A stretch of 64,000 bases of DNA from an uncultured Chloroflexia bacterium (GCA_963813335.1 CAWEYL010000001.1:128001-192000), one strand, 5' to 3'; counted from the first letter of the stretch, positions 10,602 to 20,423 are shown. Numbers and translations: made by a program. Notes: generated by a model from the letters alone, not told the origin.

Positions 10602-10814
10602 CGGATATGCACGATTTCCGAGGGGCCCTCTTCGGATTCAGCGTATGCACCTCGGATGCATATGTCCGGCCGGTTCCGGGATCCGTCCTGACTTGCCTGG
10701 CACACCGCGACCACCTGGCGATGGCAGACCCGACCGCCGCGCCCCGCCCCTGATATGCAGCCGAGGTGCATCGCGATCGCGGAAGGCAACCCTGGCCGCA
10801 TTCGTGCATATCCG
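10602..10814. repeat. Inverted doublet of a dispersed ~61-bp repeat unit (copy 1)
   Basis: GGATATGCACGA-N30-ATGCACCTCGGATGCATAT (10603-10663) facing ATATGCAGCCGAGGTGCAT-N30-TCGTGCATATCC (10753-10813). Confidence 0.9.
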
Positions 10815-10826
10815 CCGGCAGCCGCG

Positions 10827-10873
10827 TATGATGCGCCGACGATGCATGCACATCTGTTCAGTACATCTGTGCA
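10827..10873 (+). promoter_or_regulatory. -10 box TATGAT and tandem SorC-family operator
   Basis: TGCACATCTGTTCA-GTACATCTGTGCA: direct ACATCTGT repeats with TGCACA/TGTGCA symmetry, directly upstream of the SorC-type gene. Confidence 0.6.
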
Positions 10874-10891
10874 AGGCCCGGACGCGACGCG

Positions 10892-11869
10892 ATGAGCGAT
10901 TTCGAGCAGCTCGTCCGGGCGAGCCGCCTCTACTACGAGCTCGGTGAGACGCAGAGCGCGATCGCCGAGCTGCTCGGCGTCACGCGCCCGCAGGTGTCGC
11001 GTCTCCTGAAGCGCGCCCGCGCGGAGGGCATCGTCGAGATCCGGATCGTCGACTCGACGCACGGTGACAGCCCGGCGGGCGACGTCCTTCGGCAGCGCTA
11101 CGGCCTCGATGCGGTCCACCTGGCCCCGACCATCGTCGGTCCCGAGGACCTGACCCGCCGCATGGTCGGCCGGCTCGCCGCCCAGGTCCTGCACGCCTCG
11201 GTCCGGGCCGGGTTGGTCGTCGGGATCGGCGACGGCGCATCCGTCTCGGCCACCACCGACGCGCTGTGCGACACGCTGGGCGGCGGCCCCGACGAGGCCG
11301 CGACCCCGATCGCGGCCACGGTCGTGCCCCTGTGCGGCGGCTTCTGGTCGACCGGTCCCGAGCGGGAGCCGTACCGCCGGGTCGCGCAGGCCCTCGGCGC
11401 CCAGGCGCATGGCCTGATGGCGCCCGGCCTCGTCGACGACGCCGCGACCCGGACCGCCCTGCTGGCCCACGCGGGCGTCCGTTCCGTGCTGGAGCTGTGG
11501 GACCGCCTCGACGTCGCGCTCTTCGGGATCGGCGGGCCTGGCTGGAACACCACGACGGTCGGCCCCGACATCGCGCGAGAGCTCGACGCCTCCGGCGCGG
11601 TCGGCGAGGTCCTGGTCGCCCCGTTCGACCTCGAGGGGCGTTTCGTCTGTCCGGCGCTGCGCGAGCGCGTGATCGCGTTCGAGGCTCCGCGGCTCGGGGG
11701 CGTCCCGGCGGCCATCGGCGTCGCCGCCGGCGCGTCGAAGGTCCGGCCGATCCTGGGCGCGATCCGTGCCGGCGTCGTGCGCACGCTCGTGACCGACGTC
11801 GCGACCGCGGAGGCCGTCGTGGCCCTCGACGCCTCGACGCCGACCCCGACTGGCGGGCCAGCGCGATGA
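10892..11869 (+). CDS. Sugar-binding transcriptional regulator, SorC/DeoR(Bs)/LsrR family
   Basis: N-terminal LYY..GETQSAIAELLGVTRPQVSRLLKRARAEGIVEI HTH; C-terminal GAVGE and LVTD motifs. Confidence 0.92.
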   Translation: MSDFEQLVRASRLYYELGETQSAIAELLGVTRPQVSRLLKRARAEGIVEIRIVDSTHGDSPAGDVLRQRYGLDAVHLAPTIVGPEDLTRRMVGRLAAQVLHASVRAGLVVGIGDGASVSATTDALCDTLGGGPDEAATPIAATVVPLCGGFWSTGPEREPYRRVAQALGAQAHGLMAPGLVDDAATRTALLAHAGVRSVLELWDRLDVALFGIGGPGWNTTTVGPDIARELDASGAVGEVLVAPFDLEGRFVCPALRERVIAFEAPRLGGVPAAIGVAAGASKVRPILGAIRAGVVRTLVTDVATAEAVVALDASTPTPTGGPAR

Positions 11870-13320
11870 CGGCGGCCCGCGAGCCCGCCATCCTGGGTCT
11901 CGACCTGGGGACCAACGAGGTCAGGGCCGGCCTCGTGACGCTCGATGGCCGGCTGCTCGCCCTGGCGCGCGCGGCCTACCCGATGACCGTCGGACCCGAG
12001 CCGGGCTGGGCCGAGCAGGATCCCGCCGACTGGTGGTCCGCCGTGGTGCGCGCGGTCCGCGAGGTCGGTGCCTCGGCTCGCGCCGCGGTCGTCGCGATCG
12101 GCGTCGACGGCCACGGCCCCACCCTCGTAGCCGTGGACGCCCGCGGCGACGCCACCCGGCCGGCGATCACCTGGCTCGACACGCGATCCACCGAGCAGGC
12201 CGCCGAGCTGGCCGCCGCGACCGGGGTCGGCGGCTGGGTGCTGGCCGGGCTGCCCGCCGCGCTGTGGGTCGAGCGCCACGAGCCCACGGTCGCCGCCGAG
12301 ACCCACTGGTACCTCGCGACCTGGGAGTGGCTGGCGTACCGCCTGTCGGGCGTGGCGTCGTCGCCGCGGACCCCTCACCAGACCGCCGCAGACCCGGCGG
12401 TCGTCGCCGCGGTCGGCGTGCCGGCCGACCGGCTGCCGCCACTCGGCATCACGGGAGCGGTCGTGGGGGACCTGACGGCGGCCGCCGCCGAGACCCTCGG
12501 CCTCCGGGCCGGCATCCCGGTGGTCGGCGGCACGGTCGACGCGTTCGCGAGCTACCTGGGCGCGGGCCTGCGGGACCCGGGTGACGCCTACGACCCGGGC
12601 GGTGCGGCCGGTGGCTTCGGCGTGTACTGGCACGAGCCGGTCGAGGTCGCGGGCGCGTTCGTCACGCCGGCGCCGCTGGCGGGCCGGTTCAGCGTCGGGG
12701 CCGCGATGGCCGCCACCGGCCGGTCGCTCGACTGGTATCGAGACGGGATCCTGGCGGGGACGATCGGCACGGAAGCGCTCATCGGCGAGGCGGCCGCGAC
12801 ACCGCCCGGCGCGGCGGGCCTGGTCTTCCTCCCGTACCTGGCCGGCGAGCGCTCGCCCTACTGGGACCCGACGGCGCGCGGGGCGTTCGCCGGCCTGACC
12901 CTGGCGCACGGCCGCGGCCACCTCGCGAGGGCCATCCTCGAGGCGTCGGCGCTGGCGATCCGGCACGTCGCCCGTCCGATGCTCGACGCCGGGGTGCGCG
13001 TCCATGAGATGCGCGTCTGTGGCGGCCCGGCACGGAGCGACACCTGGAACCACATCAAGGCCGACGTGACCGGCTTCCCCGTCGCCGTGCCCGCCGTCCT
13101 CGAGACCGCGGTGCTCGGCTCGGCGATGCTCGGCGCGGTCGGGATCGGCGCGCATCCCGACATCGAGGCCGCCATCGAGGCGATGACCCGCATCGACCAC
13201 CGCATCGAGCCGCGGGCCGAGCTCGCCGCCACGTACGACGCGGTCTTCGAGGCGTATGTCGACCTGTACCCGGCGACCGCCCCGATCCTGCGCCGCCTCG
13301 CCGACCGGGTGGCGCGGTGA
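11866..13320 (+). CDS. FGGY-family carbohydrate kinase (xylulokinase-like)
   Basis: ILGLDLGT, GWAEQDPADWW, AITWLDTRS, LVFLPYLAGERSPYWD, RAILE, GGPARS. Confidence 0.92.
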   Translation: MTAAREPAILGLDLGTNEVRAGLVTLDGRLLALARAAYPMTVGPEPGWAEQDPADWWSAVVRAVREVGASARAAVVAIGVDGHGPTLVAVDARGDATRPAITWLDTRSTEQAAELAAATGVGGWVLAGLPAALWVERHEPTVAAETHWYLATWEWLAYRLSGVASSPRTPHQTAADPAVVAAVGVPADRLPPLGITGAVVGDLTAAAAETLGLRAGIPVVGGTVDAFASYLGAGLRDPGDAYDPGGAAGGFGVYWHEPVEVAGAFVTPAPLAGRFSVGAAMAATGRSLDWYRDGILAGTIGTEALIGEAAATPPGAAGLVFLPYLAGERSPYWDPTARGAFAGLTLAHGRGHLARAILEASALAIRHVARPMLDAGVRVHEMRVCGGPARSDTWNHIKADVTGFPVAVPAVLETAVLGSAMLGAVGIGAHPDIEAAIEAMTRIDHRIEPRAELAATYDAVFEAYVDLYPATAPILRRLADRVAR

Positions 13321-14087
13321 GCGGGGATGTCCGCCTGGCGGACCTGGCCATCACGTTCCCGGGCCGGCGGGGGGCCGAATCGCTCGTGGCCCTCGACGGC
13401 CTCGAGTTGACCATCGACGGCGGGCGGATCGTGGCGATCATCGGACCGAACGGCTGCGGCAAGTCGACGGCGCTGCGCGCCATCGCCGGCCTCCTCGCCC
13501 CGACGCGCGGCCGCGTCACGCTCGACGGCAGCCTCGTCACCGGCCCGGACCCGCGGATCGGCCTCGTGTTCCAGGAGCCACGGCTGCTGCCGTGGCGGAC
13601 CGGGGCCGCGAACATCACCTACCCGCTCGAGCTGGCCGGGTGGCCGCTCGAAGAGCGGGACGCGCGCCTGCTCGACCTCGCCGAGCTCGTCCGCATCGAC
13701 GCCTCGGCGCTACTCGCCCACCCCGGGGAGATGTCCGGCGGGGTCCGCCAGCGCGTGGCGCTCGCCCGGGCACTCGCGCTGGAGCCCGAGGTCCTGCTCC
13801 TCGACGAGCCGTTCAGCGCGCTCGATGCGCTGACGCGCGAACGCTTCGACCTCGAGCTGCTCGAGCTGGGCGAGCGCTCCGCCACGACCATCGTGATGGT
13901 CACCCACAGCATCCCCGAGGCCATCCTCGTCGCGGACCGCGTCGTCGTGATGTCGCCGCGGCCGGGGCGCATCGTGGCCGAGATCCCGATCGACTCGCCG
14001 CGCCCGCGCACGATCGAGGCACTCGACGCCGCCGTCGCGGCGGGGACCGCCGCCGAGATCCGCTCGCATCTCGAGGAGGCGGCGTGA
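13317..14087 (+). CDS. NitT/TauT-family ABC transporter ATP-binding protein
   Basis: GPNGCGKST, VFQEPRLLPW, MSGGVRQR, LLDEPFSALD, VTHS. Confidence 0.95.
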   Translation: MSGDVRLADLAITFPGRRGAESLVALDGLELTIDGGRIVAIIGPNGCGKSTALRAIAGLLAPTRGRVTLDGSLVTGPDPRIGLVFQEPRLLPWRTGAANITYPLELAGWPLEERDARLLDLAELVRIDASALLAHPGEMSGGVRQRVALARALALEPEVLLLDEPFSALDALTRERFDLELLELGERSATTIVMVTHSIPEAILVADRVVVMSPRPGRIVAEIPIDSPRPRTIEALDAAVAAGTAAEIRSHLEEAA

Positions 14088-14833
14088 GGCGCTCGGCATG
14101 GCTCCCGGTCGTCGCCGCGCTGGCCGTCTTCCTGGTGGTGTGGCGGCTCGTGGTGGTGATCACGGGCTTGCCCGAGTTCATCCTGCCGACGCCCGAGGCC
14201 GTCGCCGGCCGCTGGGGCACGGCCATGCTCGACGGCATCATCGAACCGCACCTCGCGGCCACCCTCGTCGAGATCGCCCTCGGCCTCCTCGTCGGTGTCG
14301 GGTTCGGGCTCGTCGTGGGCTACGGGCTGGCCCGCAGCCAGCTCGTCGAGCGCCTGCTCTCGCCGTACCTCGTCGCCGCCCAGGCAACGCCGATCCTCGC
14401 GCTCGCCCCGCTCATCGCCCTGTGGTTCGGCCCGGGGCTGCTCGGCAAGGTCCTCATCTGCGCGCTGATCGTCTTCTTCCCGGTCGCGGTCTCCACGATG
14501 GTCGGCATCCGCTCGGTCGATGCCGGGCTGCTGGAGCTCGGGCGCGCGCTCCGGGCGACCCGGCGCCAGGTCCTGACCACGCTGGAGATCCCGGCGGCGC
14601 TGCCGTCGATCTTCGGCGGGCTCCGCGTCGGCGTGACGCTGGCGGTCGTCGGCGCGATCGTCGCCGAGTGGGCCGGCGCGGACCGCGGCCTCGGCGTCCT
14701 CATCAACCTCGCCAAGGGGTCGCTCTTCGACACCCCGCTGATGTTCGCGACGCTCCTGACCATCGCGCTGGTCGGGATCTCGCTCTATCTCGTCGTGGTC
14801 GCCATCGAGCGCCGCATGGTCGGCGCCCGGTGA
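14084..14833 (+). CDS. NitT/TauT-family ABC permease (RibX-like)
   Basis: ILPTP, QATPILALAPL, EIPAALPSIFGGLR, AIVAEW..GLG; translationally coupled to the ATPase. Confidence 0.92.
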   Translation: MRRSAWLPVVAALAVFLVVWRLVVVITGLPEFILPTPEAVAGRWGTAMLDGIIEPHLAATLVEIALGLLVGVGFGLVVGYGLARSQLVERLLSPYLVAAQATPILALAPLIALWFGPGLLGKVLICALIVFFPVAVSTMVGIRSVDAGLLELGRALRATRRQVLTTLEIPAALPSIFGGLRVGVTLAVVGAIVAEWAGADRGLGVLINLAKGSLFDTPLMFATLLTIALVGISLYLVVVAIERRMVGAR

Positions 14834-14865
14834 CCGGTCCCTCGCCGAAACCTCAGGAGGTCCTC

Positions 14866-15882
14866 GTGCCACAGCGTTCCCGTCCCGCCACCCTCGTGAT
14901 CATCGCGCTGGTCGTCGGCCTGCTCGCCGCAGCCTGCGGCGTGGGTTCCTCGAGCCCATCGGCGTCGCCGGCCAAGCTCGTGGTCGGGCTCGGCTATATC
15001 CCGAACGTCCAGTTCGCGCCCTTCTACCTCGCGCAGATCGACGGCTCGTACGAGGCGGCCGGTCTGCAGGTCGAGTTCCAGAACAAGATCGCCCCGGATC
15101 TCGTGCAGCTGGTCGGGGCCGGGTCGATCGACATCGGCGTCGCGGACGGGACGGACGTCATCCCGGCGGTCAGCCAGGGCATCCCGATCCAGTACATCAC
15201 AACGGTCTACGGCAAGTTCCCCTCGGTCGTCTTCGCGAAGGCATCCGCCGGGATCAAGACGGCCGGCGACCTCAAGGGCAAGAAGCTCGGCATCCCGGGC
15301 CGCTACGGCTCGTCGTGGGTCATGCTCCAGGCGCTGCTCGCCTCGGCCGGCCTCACCCCGGACGACCTGACGATCGTCGAGTACCCCGACTTCGGGCAGC
15401 GGGCCGCGGTCGCCGCCGGCGCCGTGGACGCCGCCACGGGCTTCGCGAACAACGAGCCCGTACTGCTCGGGCTCGCTGGCGAGCCCGTCACGGTCCTGCG
15501 CATCGACGACATCACGCCGCTGCCGGGCCCGGGCCTGATCTCGAGCACGAAGACCCTCGAATCGAAGCACGAGGCGATCGCCCGGTTCGTGGCGGTCACG
15601 CTCGACGCGATGGCCCAGATCCAGGCGAACCCGCAGAACGGACTGAACGCGGCGTCGAAGTCGATCGACGGGCTCAGCGCGGACGATCCGACGCAGAAGG
15701 CGGTCCTCGACGCGACCATCGATGCGTGGACCGGACCGGTCCAGCAGGCGGGCGGGCTCGGCGCCATCGACAGCGCGGGTTGGAAGACCTCGATCGACTA
15801 CCTCACGAGCCTCGGGCTGACCAAGGCGCCCGTGACCGTCGACCAGGTCGTGCGGACCGACCTTCTGCCACCGCACGGATGA
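14866..15882 (+). CDS. NMT1/THI5-like substrate-binding lipoprotein (RibY-like)
   Basis: Lipobox LAAAC, GLGYIPNVQFAPFY, DLKGKKLGIPGRYGSSW, GFANNEP; AGGAGG RBS. Confidence 0.88.
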   Translation: MPQRSRPATLVIIALVVGLLAAACGVGSSSPSASPAKLVVGLGYIPNVQFAPFYLAQIDGSYEAAGLQVEFQNKIAPDLVQLVGAGSIDIGVADGTDVIPAVSQGIPIQYITTVYGKFPSVVFAKASAGIKTAGDLKGKKLGIPGRYGSSWVMLQALLASAGLTPDDLTIVEYPDFGQRAAVAAGAVDAATGFANNEPVLLGLAGEPVTVLRIDDITPLPGPGLISSTKTLESKHEAIARFVAVTLDAMAQIQANPQNGLNAASKSIDGLSADDPTQKAVLDATIDAWTGPVQQAGGLGAIDSAGWKTSIDYLTSLGLTKAPVTVDQVVRTDLLPPHG

Positions 15883-17423
15883 CCGTCGCGGGGAGCGAAC
15901 CCGTCCGGCCGAGCGGGGCCCGCCGATCGTGGTGGCTGCGCGAGGCCCTGGCTGCGGAGGCGGCCGCCGACCCGGGCCTGGCCGCCGGCGGGACCACGCC
16001 GCCGCTCCGCGGGACGACCACGGCTGATGTCGTGATCGTCGGCGCCGGATACACCGGGCTGTGGACGGCGATCCGGATCGCGGAGCAGGCGCCCGGCGCG
16101 CGGATCGTCGTGCTGGAGGCGGACATCTGCGGCGGCGGGCCGTCAGGGCGCAACGGCGGGTTCGCCACGGGCTGGTGGGACGAGCTGCCGACCCTGATCG
16201 AGCGGCACGGCCTCGATGGCGCGGTGGCCGCGGCGGAGGCCATCGACGACGCCGTCGACGAGCTCGGCCGCTGGACCGCCGCGAACGGGATCGACGCCTG
16301 GTACGAGCGGCACGGAACGTTGTCGGTGAGCGCCGCCCCGGCCCAGGACGGGACGTGGGACGAGGCCGTGGCCGCCTGCCGCGACGCCGGGCACGGGGAT
16401 AGGTACGGCGCGCTCGATCCAGCCGCCGTGCGCCAGCGCGTCGCGTCGCCGGTGCTCCGCGCGGGCGCGTTCATGCCCGTGGCGGCGACGGTCCAGCCGG
16501 CGATCCTCGCCCGCGGCCTGCGTCGCGTCGCCCTCGAGCAGGGTGTCGTCATCCATGAAGGGACGCGGGTCGAGGAGATCGACGGCGAACGCCCCGGCTG
16601 GCTGGGCGGTGTTGGGGCCGGGGGCCGGCGGGCACCGGCCGGACGAGCCGGGCGTCCGGTCCGGGTCCGGACGACATCGGACGCCGGCGCCGGCGAGGTG
16701 GTCGCGGGCTCGGCGGTCGTGGCCATGAACGCCTGGGCGGCAGCCTGGCCCAGCTTCGGGCGGCGGCTGGTGACGTGGTCGAGCTACATCGTGCTGACAG
16801 AGCCGATCCCGGACCGACTCGCCGAGATCGGCTGGACCGGCGGCGAGGGCCTCGCCGACGCGCGCTTCACGCTCCACTACCTGCGGACCACGCGCGATGG
16901 CCGGATCGCCATCGGCGGCGGTGGCGGCCGGGCCGGGTTCGGCGGGCGGATCGGATCCGTGTTCACCGACGATGCGACGGCGGCCGACCGGGCCGCGGCC
17001 GGGCTGCGCCGCCTGTTCCCGAGCCTGCGCGGCGTCCGGATCGACGATGCCTGGGGTGGCCCCATCGACATCTCGGCCGACCACCTCCCCAGCATCGGGA
17101 GTGTGGCGGGCCGGCCGATCCACTACGCGCACGGCTACTCGGGGAACGGGGTCGCGCCGTCGGTGGTGGCCGGTCGAGCGCTGGCCGGCCTGGCCCTCGG
17201 GACCGAGCCGGTCGGCCTCTCAACGCGCGCCGCCGAGGTGCTCATCGGGGGTCGGGCCCGCGCGTTCCCGCCGGAGCCGTTCCGCTATCTCGGTGCGCGA
17301 CTGGTCCGCGACGCGATCGTGCGCCGCGAGGCCATCGAGGAGCGTGGCGGGACCGCCGGACCGGTCCTCCGCGAGCTGACGCGTCTGCCACGCCGGCTTG
17401 GCTACCACCTCTCGCCGGACTGA
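15879..17423 (+). CDS. FAD-dependent oxidoreductase, DadA/PuuB-like
   Basis: DVVIVGAGYTGLW, GPSGRNGG, VQPAILARGL, AWGGPID, GYSGNGV. Confidence 0.9.
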   Translation: MTVAGSEPVRPSGARRSWWLREALAAEAAADPGLAAGGTTPPLRGTTTADVVIVGAGYTGLWTAIRIAEQAPGARIVVLEADICGGGPSGRNGGFATGWWDELPTLIERHGLDGAVAAAEAIDDAVDELGRWTAANGIDAWYERHGTLSVSAAPAQDGTWDEAVAACRDAGHGDRYGALDPAAVRQRVASPVLRAGAFMPVAATVQPAILARGLRRVALEQGVVIHEGTRVEEIDGERPGWLGGVGAGGRRAPAGRAGRPVRVRTTSDAGAGEVVAGSAVVAMNAWAAAWPSFGRRLVTWSSYIVLTEPIPDRLAEIGWTGGEGLADARFTLHYLRTTRDGRIAIGGGGGRAGFGGRIGSVFTDDATAADRAAAGLRRLFPSLRGVRIDDAWGGPIDISADHLPSIGSVAGRPIHYAHGYSGNGVAPSVVAGRALAGLALGTEPVGLSTRAAEVLIGGRARAFPPEPFRYLGARLVRDAIVRREAIEERGGTAGPVLRELTRLPRRLGYHLSPD

Positions 17424-17429
17424 CATGAA

Positions 17430-17453
17430 GGACCTTCGTCCGGGCGAAGGTCC
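17430..17453. terminator. Perfect hairpin GGACCTTCG-TCCGGG-CGAAGGTCC after the operon (terminator or operator)
   Basis: 9-bp inverted repeat just after the stop codon; no U-tract. Confidence 0.4.
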
Positions 17454-17525
17454 CCCCATTGGAGTATCCTTGCGGTTCCCCCCGCGCGTTGCGTGCCGGC
17501 TGTCCTCCCTCGCCCAGGAGTCTCC

Positions 17526-17717
17526 GTGAATAGTCGTCCGCCTCTGAAGCCCGCCACCCCGGCCAACGAGCCGTTCAAGCACGTCATCGACGAGTACAAG
17601 CACCGCGACCAGACGATCACCTGCACCTGTGGCTGGCACGGCAGCTCGGCGACGATCGACCGCACCGGTTCCGAGTGGACCGCCCACCTCTTCGAGGTCC
17701 GCGGCAAGAAGCGCTGA
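17526..17717 (+). CDS. Small (63 aa) putative zinc-binding protein
   Basis: AGGAG RBS and GTG start; H..TCTCGW..WTAH motif; host-like codon usage. Confidence 0.65.
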   Translation: MNSRPPLKPATPANEPFKHVIDEYKHRDQTITCTCGWHGSSATIDRTGSEWTAHLFEVRGKKR

Positions 17718-17754
17718 CCCGAGCGGGGCCCGCGTGCCCTGCTAGCCTTCCGCG

Positions 17755-19091
17755 GTGGACCTCTCGACGCTCCCCACGGCCCCGCCGTTCGCGATCCGCG
17801 CGCGCCTGCTGACGCCCCTCGCCGGCGGCGGCGTCCGCCACGAACCCGACGGGCTGTTGCTGGTCGACGCGGACGGGCGCCTGTCCTTCGCCGGCGCCGC
17901 GTCAGACCGCCCGGCCGAGGCCGACGCCGCCTTCGACCTGCGACCCTGGGTCGTGATGCCGGGGCTGGTCGACCTCCACGCCCACCTGCCGCAGCTCCCC
18001 AACGCCGGCCTCGGGGCGGGGCTCGACCTGCTCACCTGGCTGGAGCGCTACATCTTCCCGCTGGAGCGCGGCTTCGACGAGGCCGAGGCGACCCGCCTGG
18101 CGCCGCTCGCGTGGCGGGCGTTCGCGGCGGCCGGGACCACGACCGCGCTGGTCTACGGCGCCGTCTACGAGGCGAGCCTCGATGCCACGTTCCGGGCGGC
18201 CGAGGCGCACGGGATCCGGGCGGTCGTCGGGCAAGGTGATGATGGACCGGCATCACCTACGACGCCACCATCGACCCGACGACGATCCTCGACCGGACGC
18301 TGCGCGAGGCCGCCGACCTCATCGAGCGCTGGCACGGCCGCGACGACGGGCGGTTGCAGTACGCGGTCACCCCGCGGTTCGCGGTGTCCTGCACGGCCGA
18401 CCTGCTGCGCGAATCGGCGGCCCTGGCCCGCTCGACCGGGGCGTACTGGCAGACCCACCTCTCCGAGGACCGCGGCGAGATCGCCGAGGTCGCGCGGCTC
18501 TTCCCCGACGCGATCGACTACGTCGACGTCTACGACCGGGCCGGCGGGCTGGGCGAGCGGACCGTGCTGGCCCACGCCGTGCACCTCTCGGACCGCGAGC
18601 TGGCGCGGCTCGTCGAGACGGGCACCCGGGTCGCGCACTGCCCGGCGTCGAACCTCTTCCTCGCGTCCGGGGTCATGCCGCTCGCCCGCTATCTCGAGGC
18701 GGGGTTGACGGTCGGGCTGGGCTCGGACGTGTCGGCCGGACCGGACCTCTCGATCTTCAGCGCGATGCGAGTCGGGGCCTACGCCAAGAGCGCGCTGGCG
18801 GTCGCGGGGTTCGGCGTCGACCACGCGATGACCCCGCTCGACTGGCTGCGGATGGGGACCCTGGGCGGGGCGACGGTGCTGGGGCTCGCGGACCGGATCG
18901 GCTCGCTCGAGGCCGGCAAGGAGGCCGACATCATCGCGGTCGACCCGTCGTTCGTCGCCCCGATCCACGGCGTCACCGACGACGACCCGGACGACCTCAT
19001 GAGCCGGCTCGTCTACCGCACCCACCCCGACATGGTCCGCGCGGCCTGGGTCCGCGGCCGCCGGCTGGAGGGACCGGGCGCCCGCGGCTGA
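17755..19091 (+). CDS. guaD: Guanine deaminase; indels near ~18230-18255
   Basis: PGLVDLHAHLPQ, LLTWLERYIFP, YAVTPRFAVSC, QTHLSE, HCPASNLFLASG, GSDV. Confidence 0.92.
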
Positions 19092-19247
19092 CGTTCCGTG
19101 CCGCGTCGGGACTCGCAGCCATCGGTTGAATGACCGATGCGCCCGACCGTTGCGGTGCCCTATATCGCACCCAGGCGAACTCCGTCGCGGACCGATGGGC
19201 CGCGAACGAGGGTTCCCGACCTGGGAGAACGAGTATGTTCGCGAATT

Positions 19248-20423
19248 GTGCATTCGCCGCGTCGCCGCGGAGCGCTCCGGTCGTTGCCGGCGCTGCTCGT
19301 CGTCGTCGGATCCATGTGGGCCGCCACCGCCGCGACTCCGGTCCGGGCCGACGGCCTCCCGCCGCTCGACCACGCGGCGGTGATCGCCGCGATGCCAGCC
19401 GTCGTCGCCGGTGGTGCCCCGGCCTACCTCATCGGCGGCGTGGACGAATCCGGCACATGGTCCGCGGCCGCCGGTGTGTCCGATATCCGGACCGGGGCGT
19501 CGGCCAGGGCGGACGCCGAGTTCCGCATCGGCAGCATCAGCAAGACCTTCGTCGCGGTCGCCATCCTGCAACTCGTCCAGCAGGGGAAGATCGGCCTCGA
19601 CACGCCGATCGACCGGTACCTGCCTGGGTTGCTGACGCAGGGCGCCACCATCACGATCCGTGAGCTGCTCCAGCATCGAGCGGGCCTGGCTGATTCCACG
19701 TTCCCGGACGTCAAGACCGTCTTCGGGGCGATCACCCGCACCTGCGCCACCACGTATGACCCTGTGTCCGTCGTCAAGGGGGCCGACCAGCAGCTATCCG
19801 AGCCCGGGACGACGTTCTCCTACTCGAACCCCGGGTACGTCGCCCTGGAGCTCGTCATCGAGAGGGTGACCGGCCGACCGTACGAGCGCGTGCTGGCGGA
19901 CCAGATCATCCGGCCCCTCGGCCTCACGCACACGTCGTTCCAGGAGGGGGCGCCGCACTGGACAGGCCCGTTCCTCCACGGGTACGTCGACTTCGGGCCC
20001 AACGGGCTCGGGACCGGCGTCCGGGATCGGCTCGTCGACGAGACGACCTGCAACACGTCCATCTTCGGCGCATCGGGATCCGGCATCTCGACCACCCGAG
20101 ACCTCACGACGTTCATGCGCGCGCTGATCAACGGTCGGCTCATCCATCGCGACCTGTTCGAGCAGATGATCGATGCCCAGCCGACGGACTGGGGGCCGAA
20201 CGTGGGCTACGGCCTCGGGATGGTCCGGGAGACGGTGTCGTGCGGACTCGAGCTCATCGGCAACAGCGGCGCCGTGTTCGGCTACCAGAGTGACCTGCTC
20301 GCGACGATCGACGGGGCCCGCACCATGGCGGACGGGTACTCGATCTATCCGGGGTCGAGCGCGACGTGGCAAGCGCTGGCTGACGCCGAACGCCCCGAAT
20401 TCTGCGGGCCGCCCGCGGCGTAG
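19248..20423 (+). CDS. Secreted serine hydrolase (beta-lactamase/D-Ala-D-Ala carboxypeptidase, S12 family)
   Basis: FRIGSISKTF (SxxK), LLQHRAG, FSYSNPGY, YGLG; signal peptide. Start uncertain. Confidence 0.88.
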   Translation: MHSPRRRGALRSLPALLVVVGSMWAATAATPVRADGLPPLDHAAVIAAMPAVVAGGAPAYLIGGVDESGTWSAAAGVSDIRTGASARADAEFRIGSISKTFVAVAILQLVQQGKIGLDTPIDRYLPGLLTQGATITIRELLQHRAGLADSTFPDVKTVFGAITRTCATTYDPVSVVKGADQQLSEPGTTFSYSNPGYVALELVIERVTGRPYERVLADQIIRPLGLTHTSFQEGAPHWTGPFLHGYVDFGPNGLGTGVRDRLVDETTCNTSIFGASGSGISTTRDLTTFMRALINGRLIHRDLFEQMIDAQPTDWGPNVGYGLGMVRETVSCGLELIGNSGAVFGYQSDLLATIDGARTMADGYSIYPGSSATWQALADAERPEFCGPPAA

